Assembly: GCF_006345805.1 (NCBI RefSeq)
Contig: NC_043010.1
Coordinates: 7,564,001 to 7,628,000 of the forward strand
Source of the DNA: Octopus sinensis
Lineage: Eukaryota
DNA length: 64,000 nt
Direction: 5' to 3'
Shown: one piece after another, positions 24,603 to 37,480 of the stretch
How the letters are laid out: the number at the start of each line of letters is the position of its first letter
Position numbering within the stretch: position 1 is the stretch's first letter
Position numbers and translations under genes: made by a program
Notes under the pieces: generated by a model
Seen by the model: the letters and a program-made list of their open reading frames with translations, nothing else
Told to the model about the DNA's origin: nothing
Database searches by the model: none

Positions 24603-25029
24603 TATATATGTGTGTATGTGTGTGTGGGTGTACATAAACACATAGAACTGTTTTATCATTGCAATGAGTAATAAATTTTTTTAAACATGTAGTAAAAAGC
24701 TTCATTTTTTTTTCCCAATATATTCAGCTATGTATACAGACTCGCTAAATTCCCTAAATGGCTAACCATCTTAATAAATAAATTTCTGGTATCAATGCAA
24801 TAATGCACCTTCCTTGGAGTATATTCTACAAACAATACATTGTGTGACTTGCTGAGTTTATACCACTTAACTATACAATTTAACCTTCACCCCCGCTACC
24901 ACCAGCGACTAAAAGGCAACCCATAAATATGTTTTTAAAAATGTTTTATGAACAGTGTTACCCATAACTTTCCTCATCCCCGTAATCCTCCTCCTCCTTC
25001 TCCTCTCCCTCTCCTTTCATTCATGTATG

Positions 25030-25900
25030 TATGTATTCACACAAGCACAAACATACACTCAGATGAATAAAACAATCAAGCAATTAAACACACACATATA
25101 CGCGCACATGTGCACACACACACACACCACACACACACACACATACGTTCATACATTCACGCATACGCATACAAGCAAATACGTGCACGAACACATACAT
25201 GCACATGATCAATCATACAAGTATACATATCCGAATATGCAACCACATAAATACACACACACACACACACACACACACATGCAAATACATACTTGTGCAC
25301 AAATACATACTAATACACACACACACACACACACACATATACAAATACACACATGCATATAATAAAATATACATGCACGCAAACATGCACACCTCCAAAT
25401 ATGTAAACAAATGACAACATACAGACACACTGAACTAGGTATACACACATATAAACCAGTACATATATGCATGTAAATACACATACACCCATGCACACAC
25501 ACACACACGTAAACAAAAATACACACATGAACATAAACACGCATACCTCCAAATATGTAAACACATATATACATAGAAACATACACATACACATGCAAAT
25601 AAATACACATACACAGACAGATACATCCACACACATAAACAAACATACTCAAATACATACACAGCTACATACATACATACATATATATATATATATAAAC
25701 ACACACATACCTCCAAGTATTCAAACACATAACATACCTATAAAACACTAACATAAAAACACATACAAATGCAGAAATGCATATACATACAATGCAACAC
25801 ACATTCATACACATACACACACTCGCACAAATGCACAAACGCAAACGTATTAACACAGTGAAACACTTACATACACACACACACACACACACTCACGCGC
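25030..25900. repeat. CA-rich low-complexity tract with ACCTCCAA(A/G)TAT recurring every ~155-165 bp
   Basis: Motif near 25391, 25545 and 25709. Confidence 0.8.
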
Positions 25901-26457
25901 ATGAAGAAAACCCTCTGGACTATGAGTCTTTCAGCAGTGTTGGTTCAAGTTATCATTCTGCTATTTACTGTTAAAATGACATTATGTATATACATGTGTA
26001 AAAAAAAAAAAATCATGGACAAAGTTCAAATGTGAAAGTGAAAGTAAACAACCAAACAAACAATACTAATATAACAAAAGATAGTATATATATAACAAAA
26101 GATAATGGGATAATGAAATAATGTAATAGCAATTATAAATCTATTAGAACAGACATTATGTCAATTAGGAGCAATCTAAAGGAAGTGTAACGGCTTCCGG
26201 GAATATCAAAACTGGATTTGCGAACCCAAGTTCAGTGTGATAATGATGACAATGATGACGATGATGATGATGATGATGATGATGATAACTATAATAATAA
26301 TAATGATGATGATGATGGTGATGATGATGATGATAAGATTATGATCATGATGATGATTTCTTTATTTGCCACGAGGGCATAAGGTATCAGATGATGGGAA
26401 CACTACAAACACAGTTTACAATTTGAGGGGAATGAATTGAAAGGAGGATGAAATGAG

Positions 26458-26521
<64 letters not shown>

Positions 26522-26854
26522 TAATAATAATAATTCACAAAAATGACATACTCTACACAATATACATCTAATAAAATAACCCCCCCCCCACGATGTGTAG
26601 TTTACAGGATGGATACCCAACAGAATAACATAACTCACATTACACACACACACAATATACAATACAAACACTAATACAACAAAAGCCTCATAACGAAATA
26701 AACTGATGCAGTACAGTAACAGGTAGAGTTAGTACTCCCACACAACATCAAGGAAAACAAAAAATACACAACGTTACACACCCCTTTAGGGCCCTGGCAA
26801 TGTACAAGGTGATTTAGTAGAAATTTGCCTGAAACTATCAAATAATGATGATGA

Positions 26855-26885
<31 letters not shown>

Positions 26886-27000
26886 AATAGTAGTAATAGT
26901 AATAATAATAAATGGCATGCACTGCTCTCTCACTCAATAATAATAATAATAGTAATAGTAATAGTAATAATAACAATAATAATAATAATAATAATAATAA

Positions 27001-27555
27001 ATGCCCTGATGCAGTACCAGGCAGTGGCTCTCATGGCTTCTGATCTTAACTGATTGGAAGTGTTATCATGTACATTGTTTTGTCTTGGTATAAAAGATGG
27101 GCTACAGCAAATATTCTGCTCAATACCACAGATTTGCTTGTCAGTTGTTTGACCTTAACCAGTTGAGCATGTCCCTTAGTGGCTGACGATATGTGCATCT
27201 CTGATCACGAGCAGAAGTAGTGGGGGAGCATCATAGCCATGTGTTGAGAGGGATTCTTTGGGGTTTGAATAGTTCACCTCTGGAAACATGGGTGGTCTTT
27301 CAACATCCTTAAACAACCCTTATTCAGGGACCATTTGAGCGGGATGGGCTACTCAACCTGAAGAAAATTCTAACTGGGCCCCACCTGCAAGGTCATGTGC
27401 TGTTTATCTTGATATGAGATCACCATGTCGCACACATATGGTTGTGATGCATGTGCCTGGTGTACCTTTATCAGACAGGTAGTCATGATGGGTATATTGG
27501 GCTTCGTATATTTTACCCCAGTGTCACTTTGATAGCATGAACTGCTCTCTCACTC
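27001..27555 (+). mobile_element. Non-coding element embedded in (AAT)n, plus a 24-bp 3'-end copy at 26912-26935
   Basis: Both copies end ...GCATG(C/A)ACTGCTCTCTCACTC-AATAATAAT and are flanked by AAT repeats on both sides. Confidence 0.7.
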
Positions 27556-27589
27556 AATAATAATAATAATAATAATAATAACAATCCTT

Positions 27590-28175
27590 TTCTTTTCTAC
27601 TATAAGCACAATGCCTGCAAATTTTGGAGGAGGAGGCTAGTCGATTACATGGAGCTTAGTACTTGACAGATACTCTACTTTATTAACCCTGAAAAAGATG
27701 AAAGACAAAGTTGACCACAGTGGAATTTGAACTCAGAGTGTAGCGGCTGACGAAATACCTATTTCTTTACTACCCACAAGGGGCTAAACACAGAGAGGAC
27801 AAACAAGGACAGACAAACAGATTAAGTCAATTATATCGACCCCAGTGCGTAACTGGTACTTATTTAATCGACCCCGAAAGGATGAAAGGCAAAGTCGACC
27901 TCGGCGGAATTTGAACTCAGAACGTAGCAGCAAACAAAATACCTATTTCTTTACTACCCACAAGGGGCTAAACACAGAGAGAACAAACAAGGACAGACAA
28001 ACAGATTAAGTCGATTATATTGACCCCAGTGCGTAACTGGTACTTATTTAATCGACCCTGAAACGATGAAAGGCAAAGTCGACCTTGGCGGAATTTGAAC
28101 TCAGAACGTAACGGCAGACAAAATACTGCTAAGCACTTCGCCTGGCGTGCTAACGATTCTGCCAGTTTGCCACTT
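27590..28175 (-). mobile_element. SINE family A array: head-bearing unit, one 184-bp unit, and an older different-tail unit
   Basis: Junctions GAAATA|GGTATTT on the minus strand at 27943/27944 and 27759/27760. Confidence 0.88.
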
Positions 28176-28239
28176 TCAATGATAATAATAATAATGACGA
28201 TGATGATTATGATGATGATGACGATGATGATGATAACGA

Positions 28240-28454
28240 TGGTTTCAAATTTTTTCACAATGCCAGCAATTTCAGGGAATGCATCAATCAATGACATTGA
28301 TCCCAGTGCTCGACTAGTACTTAGTTTATTGGCCCTGAATTGATGAAAGATAAAGTCAACCGCAGTGGAATTTGAACTCAGAATGCAATAACAGACAAAA
28401 ATGCCACTAAACATTTTGCCCAGTGTGCTAAGGATTCTGCCAACTCCCTGCCTT

Positions 28455-28501
<47 letters not shown>

Positions 28502-28716
28502 CCTTTCTATTAAAGGCACAAGTCCTGAAATTTTGGGGGAGGGGACTAGTCGATTACATTGGCCCCAGTGTTTCACTGGTACTTAATTTATTGATTCCCA
28601 AAAGGATGAAAGGCAAAGTCGACCTCAGTGGTATTTGAACTCAGAACAGAGTGGCAGATGAAATACTGCCGAGCATTTCGTCCAGTATGCTAACAATTAT
28701 GCCAGCTCGCCGCCTT
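28240..28716 (-). mobile_element. Two family-A-related SINEs with alternative tails, separated by (AAT)n
   Basis: Same head and central domain as family A. Tails ...GGCATTGTGAAAAAATTTGAAACC and ...CTTGTGCCTTTAATAGAAAGGATTATT. Confidence 0.82.
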
Positions 28717-28719
28717 TTT

Positions 28720-30037
28720 TAATAATGATATGAATGATGATGATGAGGAGGAGGTTGAGGAGGAGGAAGAGGAGGAGGAAGAGGAGGAGGAAGAGGAGGA
28801 GGAAGAGGAAGAGGAAGAGGAGGGTGATGATGATGATGAGGAGGAGGAGGGTGAGGAGGAGGAGGAGGGTGAGGAGGAGGAGGAGGAGGAGGAGGAGGAG
28901 GAGGGGATGGTGATGATGATGAGGAGGGGGAGGGGAGGAGGAGTGATGGTGATGATGATGATGAGGAGGAGGAGGAGGAGGAGAGGGTGATGATGATGAT
29001 GATGAGGAGGAGGTGGGGTGATGATGATGAGGATGATGATGATGATGATGAGGAGGAGGAGGAGGGGGGTGTGATGATGATGATGATGATGAGGAGGAGG
29101 AGGAGGGGGTGGTGATGATGATGATGAGGAGGAGGAGGAGGAGGAGAAGGTGTGATGATGATGATGATGATGAGGAGGAGGAGGAGGAGGATTACCACAA
29201 CAACTACAACAACTGGCAAAGTATGGATACATCTGAAAAATAGTAGTTGCTGTTGCTAGTAGTGATGGTGGTGAGGATCAAGAGATTAGTTTTTAGCCCT
29301 AGGTCGATCTAGTCTTGACCAAGCAGATCTACAATCAAAGGTAAACTATTTCAAACCATCTCATCATTTTAAAGGCAATTATTTAAAAAATAAGGTGTAA
29401 TTTTATTTATTTCAGACAGTAAGCTGCTATTTCTAGCAGGTCAAGCAACCACACGGAGGGTTTTCGTGGGGAGCTTAGTAGTGACAGCATCAGCTGCAAT
29501 AGTAGTTTCATCATATCTGCTGATCCCTTATATTTATTTGATACATAGACTATAGCACAATAATAGTAGTAGTATTAGTAGTAGTAGTAGTAGTAGTCGT
29601 AGTAGTAGCAGCAGCAGTTATAATGAGGTGGTGGTGGTCATAGTGGTCATAGTAGTGATGATTGGTGGTGGTGGTGGTGGTGGTGGTGGTGGTGGTAGTG
29701 TAAGTAGTAGTAGTAGTGATGCTGGTGGATGTGGCAGTAGTAGTAATTATTCTCATTGTTTTCATTGTCCTTGTAGCGATTGTTGTTGTGATCATCATCA
29801 TCATCATCATCATTGTCATCGTCATAGTAGTAGCAGCAGTAGTCATTGTAGTTGTCGTCGTCATCATCGTTGTTGTTGGTAGTATGGGCAGTGGTGGCAG
29901 CAATCCTCCTCCTCCTCCTCCTCATCATCATCATCATAGTATTAGTGTTGGTGGCGGTGGTGGAGGCAACGACGGCAGTAGTAGTAGTAGTAGTGGTGGT
30001 ATTAGTGGTGGTGGTGGCAGCAGTAGTAGTGGTGGTT

Positions 30038-30081
<44 letters not shown>

Positions 30082-30083
30082 AT

Positions 30084-30124
<41 letters not shown>

Positions 30125-30170
30125 ATAGTAGTAGTAATAGTAATAGTAGTAGTAGTAGTAGTAGTAGTAA

Positions 30171-30202
<32 letters not shown>

Positions 30203-30203
30203 A

Positions 30204-30244
<41 letters not shown>

Positions 30245-30440
30245 TTGGTAGTGGTGGTGGCATTAGTAGTAGTAGTAGTGGTGACGGCGGTGGTGGTAGT
30301 AGTGGTAGTAGTGGTAGTAGTGGTAGTAGTGGTGGTGGTGGTGTTGGTGGCAGCAGTAGTAGTGGCAGCAGTAGTAGTGGTGGTAGTAGTAGTAGTGGTG
30401 GTGGTGGTGGCAGTAGTAGTAGTAGTAGTAGTAGTAACAG
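28720..30440. repeat. Long compound trinucleotide tracts (GAG/GAT 28720-29200; AGT/GGT/CAT 29560-30440)
   Basis: Direct reading. Confidence 0.95.
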
Positions 30441-31204
30441 CAGGTTTTTATTATTTTTTTTTCCCTGTCGCTGGACATACAATTACGTCCATTATTATAT
30501 CAATACCAGAATTCGATTCAGCATTAAAAGAAAATAAATAAAGAAATAAAAAAAATAAAATAAAATAAAATAAAAACCCCAGAAAATCGTCTTTTAAATG
30601 AGTGCACAAAAAAAAAGAAAAAAAAAGAAAAGAAAAGATAAGAAAATAAGAAATAAAAAGAAAAAGAAAAAGAGAAACACCAATATTGCAAACTACAATC
30701 AGCAGAAAAATGAACAATTCACAGCAGAAATAGCCATAAATCATGTACAATTAGTGGAACATGTCAATAACAGAATCACATTTGTCCAATCACAGAAGCC
30801 AATAATGATGATTGGCAGAAAGAGAACATTTAGAAGCAATAATATCCTCAATCAACAAAAGGTGTACGTACTTTTGATATTTTTCTCTGATCTGAAACAT
30901 TATGCAATAAAATAATTAAGAAAGTGGTCTTTATATCTAACTCACTAACGAACGATGCATGATGGAGTGTTCTACAATTGTACTGAGAGATTTGTTATTA
31001 AAGCTTACCTTCAAGCCAATATGTGCGTGTGTGTGTATTCTTGTATTCTTGTATTCTTTTATTCTTGTATTCTTTTATTCTTGTATTCTTTTATTCTTGT
31101 ATTCTTTTATTCTTTTATTCTCTTTATTGCTTCGGTCATTAGACTGCAGACATACTGAGGGACTACCTTCAAGAATTTTGGTTGAATGAGTCAACTCCTG
31201 TCTT

Positions 31205-31755
31205 CACCCACATAAGGTGTTGTTATTTGTTTGGTGGGATATGAAGGGTTTATGTCCACTTTGAATTTTTAAACCCAAACCAAACGATAACAAAGGAGAT
31301 CTACTGTGAGCAGCTTGAGCGGCTCAAGTCAGTGCTAGAAGAAAAATGACCATCTTTACTTTCAAAACAAAAGGTGTTCTTCCATCAGGATAATGTTCAG
31401 CATACTGTGAGGATGACATTCCAAAGACTGGAGCAGTTTGAATGGGAAACGATGCCTCATCCACCATGTTCGCCAGATAATGTCCCATCTGATCATTTAT
31501 TCCGCAGTCTTCAAAATAATTTGGATGGCAAAAATATGAATTCTGTAGATGAGGTCAGAATTGCACTGGATGAGTATTTTTCGTCATGGACAACTGAATT
31601 TTTGGAAGAGAGGCATTGCAAGTCTACCAGATAGATGGAAGAGCATTGTAAAAAATGAAAGAGGGTATATTTTAGATTAAAAAAGAACTTTGTTTAACTT
31701 AATTTTCAAAAATAAAAGAAGTATAAGAAATCCGCCTTATTTATGGAATATTTAT
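31205..31755 (+). mobile_element. Second mariner transposase fossil (C-terminal part and decayed right TIR)
   Basis: HKVLLFVWWDMKG, YCEQLERLK, FFHQDNV.H, PHPPCSPDNVPSDHLFRSLQNNLDGK. Confidence 0.9.
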
Positions 31756-32077
31756 GGTATATATATATATGTATCTATACAAATACATACACGGTGGCTG
31801 CCCCCTCATTATCAAGTATGGCCATTGCACGAAGCTTAATCAATGTTGATATCATGTAATGCCTGTGCAAGAAGATTTTTTTTTAAGTGAGGAAAGGCTG
31901 TGCACTGAGTCAATCCCACTCACTAAGCAACAGCAGCCATAATCCGAAAAGAAGAACAAGTCAACATCATCGGTAACCACTGAGCCGCAGGTTTTATGTC
32001 GGAGTTATCCCAGTTACCTGAGTTACCTTCTCCTAGAAGGATGGTCTAACAAAGGCTAGGAGTCCTTCACTCCCAAT

Positions 32078-32117
<40 letters not shown>

Positions 32118-32257
32118 ATATAATAATATAATAATAAATAATAATTTGGCGCGCTGTTAGTTGGGGCATTTGAATTATAACGTCGGATGTAATCATTGAA
32201 CCACACGCGTATTTATCGTTATGGTAAAATCTGGCGTGCGATTGAGTGGATTTCATC

Positions 32258-32353
32258 CAGATAGTTTTGGCTGAGGAGCTACAAGTGGATTTTTTTGTAA
32301 GTAATATTACATTTAATTCATTAATAGCGAAACCATTGTCCCAAAATAATCTG
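32258..32353 (+). ncRNA. Type-I hammerhead ribozyme motif, copy 1
   Basis: CAGATag TTTTGG-CTGAGGA-GCTA...TAGC-GAAAC-catt-GTC-CCAAAA ta ATCTG. Predicted cleavage after C32340. Confidence 0.75.
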
Positions 32354-32787
32354 TATTTTGTTATTTTTTATTTGCCCTGTCCGTGTGAGCTAACAATCGT
32401 ACTGACTTTCATGGGAAACATGTATCTTTGTGGTTGAAACCTTTTGGATTAACTGGTGCTAGAGTGAGCCTATAGTGACCACTCTCTTATATTTTTTTGT
32501 AAAAATATTATAATATTATAAAATATTATAATAATCCAGGTTTCTCGGAGCACTAGGCCACTTGGTGTAGAATAGATATACTATTAAATTAGTATCTAAT
32601 TCTCTCACCCTTATTAATTAATTATAATTATGCTGCATTTATTTCTAAATGCTGTATTTGTTTTCCGTGAAAATTTGGCGCGCTGTTAGTTGGGGCATTT
32701 GAATTATAACGTCGGATGTAATCAATTGAACCACACGCGTATTTATCGTTATGGTAAAATCTGGCGTGCGATTGAGTGGATTTCATC

Positions 32788-32883
32788 CAGATAGTTTTGG
32801 CTGAGGAGCTACAAGTGGATTTTTTTGTAAGTAATATTACATTTAATTCATTAATAGCGAAACAATTGTCCCAAAATAATCTG
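32788..32883 (+). ncRNA. Type-I hammerhead ribozyme motif, copy 2
   Basis: Same as copy 1, but with a palindromic stem III/loop ACAATTGT. Predicted cleavage after C32870. Confidence 0.8.
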
Positions 32884-33151
32884 TATTTTGTTATTTTTTA
32901 TTTGCCCTGTCCGTGTGAGCTAACAATCGTACTGACTTTCATGGGAAACATGTATCTTTGTGGTTGAAACCTTTTGGATTAACTGGTGCTAGAGTGAGCC
33001 ATATAGTGACCACTCTCTTATATTTATTTTGTAAAAATATTATAATATATTATAAAATATTATAATAATCCAGGTTTCTCGGAGCACTAGGCCACTTGGT
33101 GTAGAATAGATATACTATTAAATTAGTATCTAATTCTCTCACCCTTATTAA

Positions 33152-33181
<30 letters not shown>

Positions 33182-33182
<1 letters not shown>

Positions 33183-33374
33183 GGGAGAGTTTATGAAAAA
33201 AACAACAAAAGACGAAGACAGGTGGTGTACAAAACAAACAGATGTATTAGTATAACGCTCAGGAATAGAAAAAGTCTTTTATGTTTCGAGCCTATGCTCT
33301 TCTACAGAAAGGGATACAGAAAAAACAAGGAAAGAAAAAAATGTGTGTAGTGGCTAACGATCTATCATGGCGAC
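33182..33374 (-). mobile_element. Penelope-like pLTR fragment with a variant minimal hammerhead (33276-33311)
   Basis: Minus strand: CTTT-CTGTAGA-A-GAGC atag GCTC-GAAAC-ATA-AAAG. Lies in (TA)n. Homologous to 56625-56802. Confidence 0.65.
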
Positions 33375-33957
33375 TATATATATTATATATATATATATAC
33401 TGTCTTTATATATTATATGAGTGTTGGTTGTTGAAACTACATGATAAAGGCAGTAAAATTTGAAATACTTAACAAAAGAACCACCAGTCACTAAATACTA
33501 TGAAATCAAAAGACAATAAAAGGAAATACTATTGCAATACATTTCATAGAGAAATATATTCAATTGCTAAAATTATGAATATAGACATACGTAATGAAAT
33601 TGTTCAAGGGAATTAGTTATAGGATAGATTCATGTCTTTATGAAGATAAATTGTTTTGTTTTCTGTGTGTTTTCTTTTTTATTTGATGTAGGTATCTTAC
33701 TGTGTCGTGTTTAAAGTATTTTTATAGCAGTAATATATCCTGTCTGTTTTAGTTAAGTAACTACTTAGATATGGGAGTTATGTTGCTACTGGGAGTTAAC
33801 ACATTAATAACTAAAATAAAATAAAATATGGACAACGGTATCCATAATTTCATTTTCTCTCTCCCTACTTTCTCTTTCCCATGTGCTCACACACACACAC
33901 ACACATATGCAGATATGTGTGTCTATATATATATGGATATATGCAGAATACACACAT

Positions 33958-33988
<31 letters not shown>

Positions 33989-34050
33989 CTCATGCACATA
34001 TACACACATATAGATGTGTGTGTGTATATATGTGTATATATATGTGTATA

Positions 34051-34155
<105 letters not shown>

Positions 34156-35132
34156 CTATGTATGTATGTATATGTACACACAACTATGTATATATATGTG
34201 TGTGTGTGTATGTGTGTGTGGAAAACATAAATCCATTATGTTGCACAGTGGAAGTTATCTTAAAAGTAAAGCTATTATATTAGTGAAAGACAAAACAAAT
34301 ATTATAAGAAATATCAAATGTAATGCAATTTGTCAGGCTAATAAATAAAAATGGAGAGCCGAGTCATACTAAATAGAATAGAAAGGAGCTGAGAACAAAT
34401 TGTTCCAGGAAAACCAAGCAGGCTTCCTAGAAAGAAAATTATATACAAATAAGAAAACTACAGAGAAGTTTGCAATTGTGCCATAAATAAAATAGAACTC
34501 CTAAGTGAAACACCAATGGCTTAAAATTGTCAAGAGATCCAGTCAGCAAGGTAAACTCTTGCTAGATATAATAGCAAAATGTCTTTCATATTATATTGTA
34601 TTTTCTTTAAAAAAAAGTGGAAGGAGACATTGAATTGTGTTGTTTTTTTCGATACACTATGCCTGAAAAAAGTATTATGTCAGCCTGTTTGGTGACTTGA
34701 GGAGTGCTGGCACCACACACACACAAAAAAAAGCACCCAATAGCTTACATTATTTCTAGTCAAAACAGCAAAATTTCTTATATATCCTCACAAATCACCA
34801 TTTTTTTCTGGTCCTTTAATAAAAAATATATTAACATGTCTCTAAATTATAGAATTATTTAGATAGAGAATACAGAAATAAAACCATACTTGTATATTAT
34901 AAGTTTAACCTTTTTAATACGACCCTCCAGCCCAAGGGAACTTTTCTGAAAACTTCTTCACTTTGGAAGGTATTGTGTGAGTAATTTTCATTTGGGTTTC
35001 TTTGTTTTTCTTGTCCTTATAAAGTGGAACTTTTAGACATGTAATCTAATACCATGGCTTGCCAATTAGTGTTCAAATTAAGAAAATAAAGAACAATAAT
35101 TACTTATTTAGTTGTTTGAATCAATAATTTCA

Positions 35133-35505
35133 CAGGAGTGGCTGTGTGGTAAGTAGCTTGCTAACTAGCCACATGGTTCTGGGTTCAGTCCCACTGCGTG
35201 GCATCTTGGGCAAGTGTCTTCTGCTATAGCCCCGGGCCGACCAATGTCTTGTGAGTGGATTTGGTAGACGGAAACTGGAAGAAGCCTGTTGTATATATGT
35301 ATATATATATATATGTACGTATGTGTGTGTGTGTTTGTCCCCCTAGCATTGCTTGACAACCGATGCTGGTGTGCTTATGTCCCCGTCACTTAGCGGTTCG
35401 GCAAAAAGAGACCGATAGAATAAGTACTGCGCTTACAAAGAATATGTCCCGGGGTTGATTTGCTCAACTAAAGGCGGTGCTCTAGCATGGCCGCAGTCAA
35501 ATGAC
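35133..35505 (+). mobile_element. SINE family B copy
   Basis: CAGGAGTGGCTGTGTGGTAAG...GCATGGCCGCAGTCAAATGAC. Confidence 0.88.
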
Positions 35506-36729
35506 ACCTTATGAGAGAAGTTATTTGTCATATATTAATATCTCTGTTTATATTGTGTCTTTATAACCCAAACCCAAGGCTTAGTGTTCAAACAACAATA
35601 GAGTACAGTACAGTTAGTACCATTAAAAATAAGTTCTAGGGCCAGTATGATCCCTCAAAGTCTGTGCTCCAGTATGACCACAGGCCAATGATTTAATCCA
35701 CAAAAAAAAAGGAAATATAAAAGAGCATAACTGGAAAGGCAAAGCTCAATACTTCAAATTCTAAAATAATTCACATGAAAGAGAAGCGATTATATTTTTG
35801 GTACAGAATAGATGAAGTATACAATGAGAAATCAAAGTGTATTGCAACAAAAAATATTCTTGAAATAAGTTTGATTAAAGAAAGTATTAACTACATGGAA
35901 CTTTTAAATGGAACTATAGCCATTTATGTAACCCTTAAAGGAACTAGCTAGGAAAACATCAGGTTACAGATACTAAAGCCAAACTACAGATTATTGTATA
36001 AATATAGCATTTACTGCCAGAATCAAATTGAATCTTTGAAAACTTTAAAAAAAATCCCAACTTTTCTTAATGCTAAAATAACAATTTCTATATATAAAAA
36101 CAATGGTTAACAAATAAATAAAGAATTAAACAAATAAATAAAACATTCAACGAATCTCTCAGATTCTCATCTGTAGCACATATTTCCTAAAAAAAAAATC
36201 AATAACAACTTGAATTTAATGGTAATTAGTAGGGTTATTTGACATTTTTGGATGGAAAGAAATTTAATGCAGTTTAAATTGATTTTAAAAATACCACTAA
36301 CATTTAAAAAAAAAAAAGGTAAAGAAAGGAATCTCTTTCTTTCAAATGTTATAAGCCATCACCTTTCCAGAATTAATAATACTTTCACTAAGATGTATTA
36401 TTTTCCAATAATGCTGCCTATGTAGTCTGATAGAGAATCAGAGATAGTTATCTAAACAAAGCTACAGTTTATAATTAGAGTTTGCTAAATTAGCTGCAAG
36501 ATGAGTTTTACTGTGTAATGTTATGTTTGAAAGAAAAAGCATTAATAAACAAAAACTCAGTGACAGGTATGGCTGTTTGAGGTAAAGGTTTTACAACCCT
36601 TTGTTTTCAGGTTTGATTTCTTGATCTCACTTCACAGAACCTTGGGCAAGTATCATCTACCAAAGCTTGGAGTTGAGATGGCAAATACATGGCCATTGTT
36701 AGTGAAATTAGAAGGAAACATATTATATA

Positions 36730-37090
36730 TACTCTTTACTCTCTTTTACTTGTTTCAGTCGTGTGACTGTGGTCATGCTGGAGCACCACTTTTAGCCGAG
36801 CAAATCAACTAGTACTTATTCTATCGGTTTCTTTTGCCGAACCACTAAGTTACAGGGATATAAACACAACAGCATCGGTTGTCAAGCGATGCTGGGGGGA
36901 CAAACACAGACACACACACATATACATATATACGGCGGGCTTCTTTCAGTTTCCGTCTACCAAATCCATTCAGAAGGCTTTGGTCGGCCCAAGGCTATAG
37001 TAGAAGACACTTGCCCAAGGTGCCACGCAGTGGGACTGAACCCGGAACCATGTGGTTCGTAAGCAAGTTGCTTACCACATAGCCACTCCC
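36730..37090 (-). mobile_element. SINE family B copy
   Basis: Homology to the other family-B copies. Confidence 0.88.
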
Positions 37091-37480
37091 ACCAACAATG
37101 TGCTTTTGAGTTCAGTCCCACAGCATGGGGCATTGGGAAAATGTCTTGGGCTAAAGCTTTGCAAGAAGATTTGGGAGATGGAAACTGAAAAAAGTCTGTC
37201 GTGTGTGCGTGGAGGGGGGGTGTTCTTTTGTCTGCGTTTCTCCCCCATCACCACTTGACAACAGGTGATGATAGGTTTATGTTCCTGTAAATTAGCAGTT
37301 CAACAAAGGAGATTGATAAGATAAGTACTAAGCTTTGCAAAAAAAATAAAGAAATATTGGTATATTTATTCTTCAAGGCAGTACCCAGCATAGCTACAGT
37401 CAAAATGTATACACACACACACATATGCACACACACACACACACACAGATAAGCATACACAGATATACACACACACACAT

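Larger units (their letters stand above)
32143..33160 (+). mobile_element. ~1.9-unit head-to-tail repeat (period ~530 bp) with one hammerhead per unit; Penelope pLTR- or retrozyme-like
   Basis: Units start AATTTGGCGCGCTG at 32143 and 32672 and are near-identical. Flanked by (TA)n/AAT tracts. Confidence 0.85.

Noticed and set aside
32246-32967. Duplicated 63-aa ORF (MDFIQIVLAEELQ...)
   Set aside because: It starts at GTG, overlaps the hammerhead and has no homology I recognise. Its identity between copies just reflects the tandem duplication.
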